64,000 nucleotides of DNA, taken from the NCBI GenBank assembly GCA_038247415.1, contig JBBRUX010000021.1:1-64000 (forward strand). Reading direction: 5' to 3'. The notes under the pieces are model-generated. The model worked only from the letters and a program-made list of their open reading frames with translations, was not told the origin of the DNA and searched no databases. Both the position numbers and the translations under genes were made by a program. Shown here in pieces: positions 10,780 through 20,435 of this stretch. Source of the stretch: Chitinivibrionales bacterium (GTDB lineage: Bacteria; Fibrobacterota; Chitinivibrionia; Chitinivibrionales; WJKA01). Each line of letters begins with the position of its first letter. The first letter of the stretch is position 1.

Positions 10780-11544
10780 ATGAATACAATTTTTATTATC
10801 ACCAAAAACACCTTCTCCGAAAGTATTCGCAATAAAATACTCTACACGATTTTTGGTTTTGCTGCAGCAATTATTATCCTGTCTATCTCTTTTGGCGAAT
10901 GGTCGGTTTTTGCACGCGTACAGGTTATGGAAGACTTTGGCCTGGCTACCATGTCGATTGCAGGGCTTATGCTTGCGGTATTTATTGGTGTTGGACTTTT
11001 AGGTAGAGAAATTGAGTCTAAAACATCGTATGCGATTCTTGTCAAGCCTCTTCCACGGTACCTGTTTGTTATTGGAAAATATCTGGGGCTGTGCGCAACG
11101 CTCCTGCTTACCTTTTTTCTTATGGCGCTTATTTTTTGTATTACTATTGTATGGCTTGGCGGAGCGCTTACCATGGGGATTGCAACCAGCATTTTACTTA
11201 TCGGTATCGAAATGATGATAATTGTTGCGGTTTCGATCCTTTTTTCGGTATACACAACAACTACGCTCGCAGCTCTTTTTACCCTTGGCTTTTATTGCAT
11301 TGGTCATTATAACGATTTACTTGACGTATCTGTATTTGAAAAATCTTCGCCCATTCTCGTTTTATTGCTCAAAATTGTATACATCGTAATTCCTAATCTG
11401 GAGCATTTTAATATCAGGGCTGCAGTAATTTACGGATCGGGTATGAGTCCGCTGTATATTGGATCAACGGTTGCCTATGGCCTTTTGTTCGTTACCTTCT
11501 TTTTGGTACTTGCTTGCAACGGCTTTTCCCGGAAAGATATCTGA
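10780..11544 (+). CDS. ABC-2 type permease (PilI-like)
   Basis: NTFSESIRNK, REIESKTSYAILVKPLPR...GKYLG, six TM segments, C-terminal FSRKDI; RBS AGGAGG. Confidence 0.9.
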   Translation: MNTIFIITKNTFSESIRNKILYTIFGFAAAIIILSISFGEWSVFARVQVMEDFGLATMSIAGLMLAVFIGVGLLGREIESKTSYAILVKPLPRYLFVIGKYLGLCATLLLTFFLMALIFCITIVWLGGALTMGIATSILLIGIEMMIIVAVSILFSVYTTTTLAALFTLGFYCIGHYNDLLDVSVFEKSSPILVLLLKIVYIVIPNLEHFNIRAAVIYGSGMSPLYIGSTVAYGLLFVTFFLVLACNGFSRKDI

Positions 11545-11546
11545 AA

Positions 11547-12221
11547 ATGCATTTAAAATTTCCTGTCAAATCATATGGATTAGCAGTGGTGCTTTTGCTT
11601 GCAATTGCAGGCTTACAAACAAGCATTACAAAGCAGAAGAGTACGCTGCAAACGCTCGAAAACATGTCCTATCTGCCACAATCGGATAAACTTAAGCCTT
11701 TTTTGTGTGGTTTTCATACGACCTATGCTGCTTTTTTATGGATAAAAACCATTCTTTATTTTGGGGGAAATACCCAACTGGGAACAGCCGTTCCTTGGTT
11801 ACCGCATATGGTTGACGTTGTTACAAAACTGAATCCCGAATTCTTCCCCCCCTACGAATTTGCCGGCCTTATGCTGACGCAATATGCACAAGATCCCAAA
11901 GGCGCGCTCATCATTCTTGCCCGTGGCGGAGCACACCTTAACAAAGACCGTTGGAAAGCCTATTATTATATGTCTTGGATATATAATACGTGGTATCACG
12001 ATACCCTCCGCGCTGCCGATTGTTTATCCATGGCAGCTAAGGTGGATCCTAAACAGCGGGAATACATTATCTCTCTGGCAGCAAAATTCTATAGCCGTTC
12101 CAATGAAAAAGAAAAAGCCATACAATTCCTTACTTCAATGTACGATATAGCGGAAAGCCCCAGTGTTAAGCGCGCTATTATTGACAGACTTAATAAGCTT
12201 ACCACACAAGGAAAGCTATAG
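11547..12221 (+). CDS. Membrane-anchored TPR-like protein (PilG/XapA-like)
   Basis: N-terminal TM; AAFLWIKTILYFG and VTKLNPEFFPPYEFAG followed by helical repeats; directly follows the ABC pair. Confidence 0.65.
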   Translation: MHLKFPVKSYGLAVVLLLAIAGLQTSITKQKSTLQTLENMSYLPQSDKLKPFLCGFHTTYAAFLWIKTILYFGGNTQLGTAVPWLPHMVDVVTKLNPEFFPPYEFAGLMLTQYAQDPKGALIILARGGAHLNKDRWKAYYYMSWIYNTWYHDTLRAADCLSMAAKVDPKQREYIISLAAKFYSRSNEKEKAIQFLTSMYDIAESPSVKRAIIDRLNKLTTQGKL

Positions 12222-12309
12222 CCCCATTACACTCCAGATGATATTACACCCTTCTAGCTTCTTTTCCTTTCTATTTCGAAAATTTTTTTAAAAATAATTA
12301 ATTTTTTCC

Positions 12310-12338
12310 TTGATGCTCTCAGAGGATACTATTATATT
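12310..12338 (+). promoter_or_regulatory. Candidate sigma70-type promoter TTGATG-N17-TATATT
   Basis: Canonical 17-nt spacing in an AT-rich intergenic region upstream of the 12410 ORF. Confidence 0.45.
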
Positions 12339-12409
12339 TTTTGTCAGTTGACCGAACCTAATCATTCGCATTGCGTAGTGCTTATACCATTTTTTCTAAA
12401 AGAGTATGC

Positions 12410-12676
12410 ATGATTTGCTTTAAAGATTTTTCCAAAGATTCCTACCAATCCGATACACGTCCATCTTCATCGAGCGATATGGGTGATGTCAACAAAGACA
12501 TCCACGCATGGATTAATGCCTCACACAAGCATATCGTCAATATCGAAATAGTTAAAGCCCTTGCATCAAGCCCAACACACAAGTCTCCACTAGCTATGCA
12601 ACCATCCAATGCTGCTGCTCAATCAGACCAGTACATTCGAGTCTGGTACACAGACCAAGAAAGCTCCTCGCAATAA
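12410..12676 (+). CDS. Hypothetical protein (88 aa)
   Basis: Isolated ORF with a candidate promoter; W...IVNIE...IRVWY pattern looks protein-like. Confidence 0.6.
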   Translation: MICFKDFSKDSYQSDTRPSSSSDMGDVNKDIHAWINASHKHIVNIEIVKALASSPTHKSPLAMQPSNAAAQSDQYIRVWYTDQESSSQ

Positions 12677-12883
12677 CCTTTCTCTAAACCATTTTTTTTC
12701 TAATCACACATACCGAAAAAACCCTCTTAACTACTTTTTTTGCCTAACCAAGACATTTATTTGCGCCGATGATACTTGATGTAGCTGCAACTCTATGATA
12801 TGATTAAGAATCTAAAGCATACTAAGGTAGCACTCAAGCATCTCAGAGGATTTGATCATCATCATTCTTACAAGGACAATCTC

Positions 12884-13690
12884 ATGTATCGAATAATGGG
12901 CTCTTTATTTCTATCGTGTAGCATTTGTTGTGGGCTCTTTAGTTGTGCTTCTACCATAAAAAAATCCGATGCTGCAATGCTCTTGCCAGAAATAGACGTT
13001 GTGCAAGTAAAAGAAAACTCCGACGAAGCTTTACGTATTGCCCAAGAAGCAAAATTAAATGTTGATGTTGTTAATACAAAAGTTGCCGAAATCGACAACA
13101 AACTTGTTGCTCTTTCGGAAGAAGTTTCGGCTGTTTCCCTTGCTAAAATAGAAGAATTGGAAAACAGGTTGTCGCTCTTGATTGAAGCTCTCAAAGATAT
13201 TCAAGCACAATTATCTGCTATCGAAGTAATGCCGCAGGTTAGAGTCAATACGCCAGCCAACAAGAATCCTGGCATTCCAACCTTTGCGCCATCATCGGCT
13301 GGTGGTGTTTTGCTAACAACCCCAGAATTTGACGCATACCAGAAAGCCCTCGACTCATTTAAGTCTAAAAATTACAAACAGGCTAGCCAATTATTTTCCG
13401 ACGTCATTAAGCAATTTCCCGACGGAAAATTTATTGATAATTGCCAATACTGGATTGGAGAATGCGCATACGCACAACGCGACTTTGCCTCTGCAATTGC
13501 AGCATTTAACAAAGTTTTTGCCTATCAGAACAGCTCCAAAGGTGATGATGCCCAGCTCAAATTAGCGCTTTCGTATCTAAAAATGGGTCAAAATGCTCTT
13601 GCAAAAGCAGAATTCAGTAAATTAATAGATCGTTATCCCGGTTCAGAATATGCGCCGCGTGCAAAAGAATATCTCCAGACGTTGCAATAA
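12884..13690 (+). CDS. ybgF: Tol-Pal system protein YbgF/CpoB (probable lipoprotein)
   Basis: Lipobox-like LFSC, coiled coil, TPRs YQKALDSF...FPDGKFIDNCQYWIGE...DAQLKLALSY...RYPGSEYA; RBS AAGGA before ATG 12884. Confidence 0.88.
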   Translation: MYRIMGSLFLSCSICCGLFSCASTIKKSDAAMLLPEIDVVQVKENSDEALRIAQEAKLNVDVVNTKVAEIDNKLVALSEEVSAVSLAKIEELENRLSLLIEALKDIQAQLSAIEVMPQVRVNTPANKNPGIPTFAPSSAGGVLLTTPEFDAYQKALDSFKSKNYKQASQLFSDVIKQFPDGKFIDNCQYWIGECAYAQRDFASAIAAFNKVFAYQNSSKGDDAQLKLALSYLKMGQNALAKAEFSKLIDRYPGSEYAPRAKEYLQTLQ

Positions 13691-13709
13691 TACGCACCTA
13701 GCTTTGAGC

Positions 13710-14594
13710 ATGAGCCAAATGCCATTGATATCAATTGTAATTCCTACCTGCAATCGGGCTCATCAGATTGGTGCGCTTCTTGATATCTTAGAGCATGAAG
13801 TAACTCCTCTCTGTGAAATTATCGTGGTTGTTCAGGGCACTATTCCAAGCACCTGCCATCGCCCATGGGTAAAGCTTATTCACCTTAAAAAGCCATCCCT
13901 TACCAAAGCGCGCAATGCAGGAATTAGCGCGAGTACGGGAACTATTATTCTTTTTTTAGATGATGATGTTGTTCCAGCAAACGGGCTCTTAGACATGCAT
14001 CTTCTTCTTCATAAAGAATTTTCTAGCCATGCTGTTATTGCAGGAAGAGTTCTAGATGCCCATAATAAAGGCACTTTACAGCATACCGTTTCTTTTACCA
14101 CTTCGAAAATGGTTTACAAGGCAGACTACGGACGCATCGATTCTTCCGACATAGATGGCATGCCTGGTTGCCATATGTCGTTTAAACATTCGATCCTGGG
14201 CCATGTGCGCTTCGACCCTTGGTTTAGAGGAAATGCCCATTTTGAAGAGATCGATGTAGGCATGCGAATCCGCAAACGCGGAGGATTGATTCGTTTTGAT
14301 TCTCGGGCCTCTCTTACGCACTTGCTTACACCATTGGGAGGATGCCGTAGTGTTGCAGAAAAAAAACGATTCTTGTTCGATCATCATTTTAATGTTTCTT
14401 TCTGTTTTGCAAAGAACATTTCATTGCTTCATGCAAGTACGTATTGTAAGAAACAGTACCACGACATTGAATTTGAAACACGCAGCGGACGCGGTCATTC
14501 TAAACGATTAGTATTTTTCTCCTTTTTAGGCCTTGCAGTTGGCCTTTGCGCAGGAATACTTCGTCGTTTTTATGGATCGCAAAAATATCGGTAA
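13710..14594 (+). CDS. Glycosyltransferase family 2
   Basis: ISIVIPTCNR, ARNAGI, LFLDDD, GCHMSF and EEID motifs. Confidence 0.9.
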   Translation: MSQMPLISIVIPTCNRAHQIGALLDILEHEVTPLCEIIVVVQGTIPSTCHRPWVKLIHLKKPSLTKARNAGISASTGTIILFLDDDVVPANGLLDMHLLLHKEFSSHAVIAGRVLDAHNKGTLQHTVSFTTSKMVYKADYGRIDSSDIDGMPGCHMSFKHSILGHVRFDPWFRGNAHFEEIDVGMRIRKRGGLIRFDSRASLTHLLTPLGGCRSVAEKKRFLFDHHFNVSFCFAKNISLLHASTYCKKQYHDIEFETRSGRGHSKRLVFFSFLGLAVGLCAGILRRFYGSQKYR

Positions 14595-14707
14595 ATGCAA
14601 AATCATGCAATAATGTAATTGCATTGGACGGGCTTCAGAAGCTATTTTTTGGAATCTCATACGAATTTTCAAGTAACAGTAGTATATGTTTTTTCAAGGA
14701 GAACTCC

Positions 14708-17002
14708 ATGTTTAAGCGTCCCGATCCGTATCTTGCCATTGCACCTTGGACCGTTTCTGAAAAAGGGTTTAGCGATTCTAAAAGTCGTCGTAGTGAATCG
14801 ATTTTTTCCCAAGGAAACGAATATATGGGCGTTCGTGGTTTCTTTGAAGAAGGGTATTCGGGCGATTCTCTTTTAGGTTGCTATTACAATGGTTCTTTCG
14901 AAAGCATGAAAATTGAGCATCCTTATGTTTGCAAAGGTATGGCCACACAAGGTCGATTTATGGTGGCTGCACCAAACTGGCTTTATACTCAAATTTCTGT
15001 GGATGGCGTAACGCTCGATATTCATAAAAGCTCTATTAAGAACTTTTCTCGTACACTCGATATGAGAAACGGAATTCTAACGCGAAGCTTTACTTGGAAT
15101 ATTTCAAAGACAAAATCTGTCGATATTGTTTTCGAGCGTTTTGTATCTATGGACAACAAGCACCTTGGCTGTCAACGTGTTCGATTTACATCGGTTAATT
15201 TTACCGGATCCGTTGCTATTACCTGCGGCGTTGATTTCGATGTAGTGCACGAATTTTCCGATGGACGTTACTGGACAATGCAGAATAAGGAAATCAAAGG
15301 ATTATCGGTTGGTGCCATGGGTATCACCACAGGAAGCAAACAACGAGTTACATCACTTGTCAACATCGTGGCTCCAGAAGCCAAAAGCATCAGCGCACTT
15401 AAATCCGATACTTTAGCAGCCTGCAGCTTTTCCCTGCCTCTTAAGGCCGGCGTAGAAATTGGCTACGATCGCCAGTGTATGAATACCGTTACCTTTGATG
15501 AAAAGATCCCCCAAGCTTCTGTCTGGAACGCATGTGTAAAAAGCGCTACTCCCGTATTTGCCAAATCGTACGATGCGCACAGCGCAAAGCATTGCAAAGC
15601 ATGGGAAGAACTTTGGAAAACATCAACCGTTACCATTGATGGAGACGAAGGCGCACAGCAAGGTCTTCGCTTTTGTATTTTTCAACTTCTTCAAACGTAT
15701 CATGGAGCCGACACACACACCAATGTTGGAGCAAAAGGCTTAACAGGTGAAGTTTACTGGGGATCTGCTTTCTGGGACATAGAAACCTATTGCCTACCCT
15801 TTTATGCCCTCACCTGCCCACCCGCTGCACATAACCTTATTGGATTTCGGCATCGCACATTACCACAAGCAAAAGCAGGTGCTCTAGAACGTGGCTGCGA
15901 AGGCGCACGGTATCCTATGGTAACCATCGATGGGAACGAAAGCTGCGGCCCTTGGCAATACGGAGAGCTCGAAATTCACGTATCAGCTGCTGTTGCCTTT
16001 GCAGCGTGGCATTATTACATGATTACCAAAGATGAAAAATTCATTCAGACAATTGGCCTCGAATTGCTTATTGAAATCTCTCGCTATTTTGCAAGCCGTG
16101 GTTTATGGAATAAGAACGATGGCAGCTTCGGATTTTATGGCGTCATGGGTCCCGATGAATTTCACATGATGGTGCATAACAACCATTATACCAACACCAT
16201 TGTTAAAAATATTTTTGAATTTACTTGTTCAACGGTACCGACTCTTGCCAAAAAAGACAAAACCGCTTTTACCGCGCTCGCAAAAAAGACTAAAATTTCG
16301 GATACCGAACTTGCGACCTGGAAAAATATGGCTAAAAAGATGCGTTCAAAACAAGATCCTAAAACGGGTCTTATTGAACAATTCGACGGATTCTTTGACC
16401 TTCCTCACATTGAAGTTGCAAAGATCCCGCTCGATCAAATTCCTATTCAGTCACACTGGGTATACACCCGTATTTTCGAGCGCGATATGATAAAGCAACC
16501 TGACGTGCTCATGCTTCAGTTCTTGTATGGTACACAGTATACGGCAGCTCAGAAAAAAGTAAACTTCGATTTTTATGAACCGCGCTGCGCCCATGAGTCT
16601 TCTTTGTCACCAAGTATTCATAGCATTATCGCGTGCGAAATTGGCTACGAAAAAATGGCATACGATTATCTCCAATATTCGATGCGATTGGACTTAGACG
16701 ACTTCAATCGTAATACCCGCGAAGGTTTACATGTTACATCAATGGGTGCTGCATGGATGAATGTAACCTATGGCTATGCTGGGATGAAAACCGATGGAGA
16801 CCTTCTCGTATTGTCGCCTACGTTACCACAAGCATGGAATGGGTATTCGTTCCGTATTATTTATCGCGGATCATTGCTCGAAATTGCTGTCAATAAAGAA
16901 GGTATTCAACTTAACTTGATCGAAGGTTCGTCGCTTACTATAAAGCTTTATGGTAAATCGGCCAAGATTGGGAAGTCGGGGTTTGCCGCTTCGCTTCAGT
17001 AG
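14708..17002 (+). CDS. Glycoside hydrolase family 65 (maltose/kojibiose phosphorylase-like)
   Basis: ESIFSQGNEYMGVRG, AKGLTGEVYWG..FWD.E, catalytic GPDEFH, KQPD and HESSLS motifs; RBS AGGAG before ATG 14708. Confidence 0.93.
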   Translation: MFKRPDPYLAIAPWTVSEKGFSDSKSRRSESIFSQGNEYMGVRGFFEEGYSGDSLLGCYYNGSFESMKIEHPYVCKGMATQGRFMVAAPNWLYTQISVDGVTLDIHKSSIKNFSRTLDMRNGILTRSFTWNISKTKSVDIVFERFVSMDNKHLGCQRVRFTSVNFTGSVAITCGVDFDVVHEFSDGRYWTMQNKEIKGLSVGAMGITTGSKQRVTSLVNIVAPEAKSISALKSDTLAACSFSLPLKAGVEIGYDRQCMNTVTFDEKIPQASVWNACVKSATPVFAKSYDAHSAKHCKAWEELWKTSTVTIDGDEGAQQGLRFCIFQLLQTYHGADTHTNVGAKGLTGEVYWGSAFWDIETYCLPFYALTCPPAAHNLIGFRHRTLPQAKAGALERGCEGARYPMVTIDGNESCGPWQYGELEIHVSAAVAFAAWHYYMITKDEKFIQTIGLELLIEISRYFASRGLWNKNDGSFGFYGVMGPDEFHMMVHNNHYTNTIVKNIFEFTCSTVPTLAKKDKTAFTALAKKTKISDTELATWKNMAKKMRSKQDPKTGLIEQFDGFFDLPHIEVAKIPLDQIPIQSHWVYTRIFERDMIKQPDVLMLQFLYGTQYTAAQKKVNFDFYEPRCAHESSLSPSIHSIIACEIGYEKMAYDYLQYSMRLDLDDFNRNTREGLHVTSMGAAWMNVTYGYAGMKTDGDLLVLSPTLPQAWNGYSFRIIYRGSLLEIAVNKEGIQLNLIEGSSLTIKLYGKSAKIGKSGFAASLQ

Positions 17003-17028
17003 CAGAAACTATTCCTCAGCATATAATC

Positions 17029-17062
17029 AAAAGGGACATTGCCTCATGGGATGTCCCTTTTT
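17029..17062. terminator. Bidirectional intrinsic terminator
   Basis: AAAAGGGACAT-loop-ATGTCCCTTTT with A/T tracts, between convergent genes. Confidence 0.85.
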
Positions 17063-17074
17063 GTTTAAACTTTT

Positions 17075-18538
17075 TTAATCTACAGTAAACGTTTGTGCCT
17101 TATAGCTTTTCTGGCCATCTAGCCTAATTTTAGCTACATAAACACCCGACCTAAAATTCCGGGTTGAAATACGCATCGACGAACCAGTCGATGCAAAATT
17201 CCCTCGCACTACGCCTTTTGCATCCACGATGGTAATCTGATGCGTTCCTTCGGTATCAAAGCGCAAAGCAATAGAACCACCTTCAAAGTTTGCAACTCCT
17301 GGCTTTATAAGTTTTGTACCATTTTCGTTATACAAGCCTCGATTAATCGAAACATATTGCCGCAAATCAGCATTAATTTCGGAATCGGGTGCGGTAACCA
17401 CAAAATCGCCGGCTTCTTGTTTGCGAATATACTTTCCTGTAAATGAAGCAGCAGGACAAAATGCAGCCCAGTTTTCTGTGCATGCCCGGGGATTAAAAGA
17501 AACCATGATGGTTTTCTTATCTTTCCAATTGACAAGTACTTGATTACTTCCGCACCGATCATCCCACCGGCCACCCTGCTGCCAACCAATTCGAAAACTT
17601 ACCCACTTATCGGAATTAGCCGACCACCTGTTTTCTTCACAGCCATCGCCTACTGTATACACATTTCCATCATCACACGTCATTTTGATTGCATTGCAAT
17701 TGACAGCCCAATCGTTATAATTCTTTGCAAGTACCAAAGATGCTCCTGTGGAACTTGCATAATTACCAAATTGATACGAAGAATGTCCAGCATCCACAGT
17801 CCAGAATATGTAGTTTCCAGAAGGGGAAATTGCATTGGTGCATCCTTGACTATATGCTAATGATTGATTTGAGCACGCTGTTGTTGCCTCTGAGGGGAAG
17901 GCAAACCGAAGAATCTCGTTTGAGCACCTAGAAGAATCACCTTTACGTACCGTCATTTTATCGGCATGTGCGGATAAGCTCCACACCCACGCCGAATACG
18001 GAAGCGTAACTACTTTTTCTTTTACCAAAGTCTTTTCGTTAACACGCCAGATTTGGCTTGACCCCGCGGTATTATTGCCTCCGATATTGAAATAGATCCA
18101 ATCGCCAACCGGCCAATCCATATACCCTTGTGCATCGCCACTTACATCTTTAAGATCCAAAAGTATTCGTCGATTTGAACCATCGGTATTAATAACAACA
18201 ATGTACGAACTGGCTGCCATGAATCCACCACCACCATTGGGCCCGATGGTCTCACTGAAATAGGCACATTTAGTTCCAGAAATATTTAGTGTAGCCCACC
18301 GTGTGCAAAAATTTGCTGTAGTATCCAGCACTTTGTCGGAGATTACCTGATCATTTTGAATTCTGTAAACATGCAGTTTTCCAAATGTTGGTGATTCGGT
18401 ACAACAAAAAGGCTTATTGATTCCCGGATACAACGTAGTGCTATCTGCACGCATAGAAACTGCTATACCGGAGGTTGCAAAGACCTGTAACGATCCTGAT
18501 AAAAGAATTCCCATAAAACGCAAACTCTTGAAAGACAT
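17075..18538 (-). CDS. Secreted Cys-rich protein, probable TolB-like beta-propeller with T9SS type-A-like C-terminal domain
   Basis: Signal peptide; VINTDGSNRR and AISPSGNY blade motifs; tail IVDAKG...FRSGVYVAKI...FTVD; RBS GAGGAG before ATG 18538. Confidence 0.7.
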   Translation of the reverse strand: MSFKSLRFMGILLSGSLQVFATSGIAVSMRADSTTLYPGINKPFCCTESPTFGKLHVYRIQNDQVISDKVLDTTANFCTRWATLNISGTKCAYFSETIGPNGGGGFMAASSYIVVINTDGSNRRILLDLKDVSGDAQGYMDWPVGDWIYFNIGGNNTAGSSQIWRVNEKTLVKEKVVTLPYSAWVWSLSAHADKMTVRKGDSSRCSNEILRFAFPSEATTACSNQSLAYSQGCTNAISPSGNYIFWTVDAGHSSYQFGNYASSTGASLVLAKNYNDWAVNCNAIKMTCDDGNVYTVGDGCEENRWSANSDKWVSFRIGWQQGGRWDDRCGSNQVLVNWKDKKTIMVSFNPRACTENWAAFCPAASFTGKYIRKQEAGDFVVTAPDSEINADLRQYVSINRGLYNENGTKLIKPGVANFEGGSIALRFDTEGTHQITIVDAKGVVRGNFASTGSSMRISTRNFRSGVYVAKIRLDGQKSYKAQTFTVD

Positions 18539-18680
18539 ACAATTCTCCTCTTCTAACACATTTCTAAATAAGATTCTAACGATAAGATATCATTTCTTGG
18601 CGGCATTTTCTCTTAAATTTTTTGACTTTCCGGCTAATTCGTACTAGTTTTGGCACACTACTTTTGATAGGGAGATCCTT

Positions 18681-19447
18681 ATAAATTCCATTGCTCGTCC
18701 TGCTCAATCCAAAGCGTTTAAGCTTCTTTCTGAAATGATACTATCTTTCCAATTTCCCGCTGGCTCGCCGCTTCCATCAATCCGTGTTTTATCAAAGATC
18801 TATGGTGTGAGCACTATGAGCATGCAAAAAGGGATAGCGCAAGCCAAGGAAGTTGGTCTTGTGACCCAATTGCCCAATCGCCGATTAATAGCTTCCATTC
18901 TGCCCGATACCCCTTATGATACAAAACAATTTTTCTGCTTACCAAATAAAGGTACAACAAACTCATACGCTAATTCCCCTGTGTTACCCTATTCCTCATC
19001 AAAACAAAGAATCTTGCAAGATATTCGCAAAAAAATTCTCACAGGAGAACTCAACAGCAAAATCAATTTTCCCTCCCTCAAAATGTTTTGTCAACAGTAT
19101 AAAGCATCCCATCGTACAATTCGGGCAGTTTTACAGGAACTCTTTGCAAAAGCGACCCCATTCCTACAGCTTGGATTGCTGTAAACGACTTTACAGCTGC
19201 CATAGCACAATAAGGCCTTAAAAATCTATCCAAACCAGACAGTCCTCTATCGCTGGTTTCTTTTGAAAATTCAAGCCTTGCACATAACGCTCAAATTGCG
19301 TCCTACGATTTTAATATCCCTGGAACGGTTGCAGCAGTTCTTAACTTTATTGTATCGGATTCAAAAGCGTCGAGTAGGTTTGGTGTTGAGCAGGAAGAAA
19401 TTCAAGAGACCCTTATTGAGAGATGGTCCTTGAAAAGAGAGGTATAA
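18681..19447 (+). pseudogene. Double-GntR regulator pseudogene, paralog of 23179-24753
   Basis: Start reads ATA after GGAG. Two wHTH domains, then about 270 codons missing, a frameshift near 19160 and an in-frame TAA at 19211. The remnant LSLVSFENSSLAHNAQIASYDFNIPGTVAAVLNFI aligns to IALISFDNSSIAQHKQISSYDFNVPGIVATVLNYI of the intact copy. Confidence 0.88.
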
Positions 19448-19501
19448 GCATGATGATTGCAATGAAAACAGCCAATCCTTTTTTGCTGCTCTAATTACGT
19501 T

Positions 19502-20320
19502 TTACTGAAGTATAATTAGATTGCTCGCACCTGCTGTATATACATCGCTAGCTATTATTTTTGCTCCTCTTAAACCTTTAGTCCCATTTGTTTGGACACT
19601 TCTTCTACCATTTACAAAAAAACATCCTCTTTCTTTTGTATAAGCTTTACTAGCACTTGATCTGATTGGGACACGGACTCCAACTTTGCCTTTAATGACC
19701 AATTGCTCCAAGAACGCCAGTTTATTCCTGTCAAAATAATACTCAACTTTAATACTGCAATTCGTCCCTAGCTTAAGAGAATCAGCAAGCGTCCACTGAT
19801 ATGACGTTATCCCCGATGCGATAGGACCATCATAAATAGACAAATAATTTTTGCCGCCATCGGTTGAAATGTACAATAAAACAGCAACCGCTTGAGGCAC
19901 TTGCCACTTAAGATTTACAGTTGATCCTATTGTTAACGTATCGCCAGCTTTAGGAGATGTAATTTTAAAGACAACAGAATCTGCAACGGTGACAGCAATC
20001 GTATCTTTTGAAGTAGCCTTTCCATCGGTAGCGCTGAGTGCAAAAGTATAGTTTCCTGCAACGGTAAATTTAACACCGGAAATCGCATATCCAGGATAGT
20101 ATATCTGTGCACCCGGAATAGGACCAGTCAATTGCTGCCATTGGATATTCAAGGAATCTTTTGGAAGACTATCATCCGATACTGTTCCTTTTAAGGTAAA
20201 TGGTAGACCCAACGAAATTGTCGTGTCATGTGCAGTTTTTACAACAGGGGGGAGATTTACGGCCGTTGCAATATTTACAAAAACAAAACTTAACGTTAAA
20301 ATACTTATCGAAAATCTCAT
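19502..20320 (-). CDS. Secreted protein with PKD/Ig-like domains and basic C-terminal tail
   Basis: Signal peptide; NLPPVV...LKGTVSDD...WQQLTGP...GNYTFALSATDG (PKD-like); ITSPKAGD...ISTDGGKNY; tail FFVNGRR. Confidence 0.75.
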   Translation of the reverse strand: MRFSISILTLSFVFVNIATAVNLPPVVKTAHDTTISLGLPFTLKGTVSDDSLPKDSLNIQWQQLTGPIPGAQIYYPGYAISGVKFTVAGNYTFALSATDGKATSKDTIAVTVADSVVFKITSPKAGDTLTIGSTVNLKWQVPQAVAVLLYISTDGGKNYLSIYDGPIASGITSYQWTLADSLKLGTNCSIKVEYYFDRNKLAFLEQLVIKGKVGVRVPIRSSASKAYTKERGCFFVNGRRSVQTNGTKGLRGAKIIASDVYTAGASNLIILQ

Positions 20321-20435
20321 GATCTAATCCTTCGTAAATTTCTTGTTTGTTACTAATCCAACCCAAAGATAAAAAAGCCCCACCACATACACTTGCACTG
20401 ATAGGGCTAAATAAAATCTGCCGCACGCGTATAAG

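Noticed and set aside
14546..14707. Long N-terminal extensions from the ORF track (GH65; similarly ybeY 42968, GNAT 40316, ybgF 12800)
   Set aside because: They overlap upstream genes or lack an RBS; downstream ATGs with an RBS fit the family N-termini.
18652..18668. TGGCAC as a sigma54 promoter before the GntR pseudogene
   Set aside because: The -12 TTGC element is missing at the required spacing.
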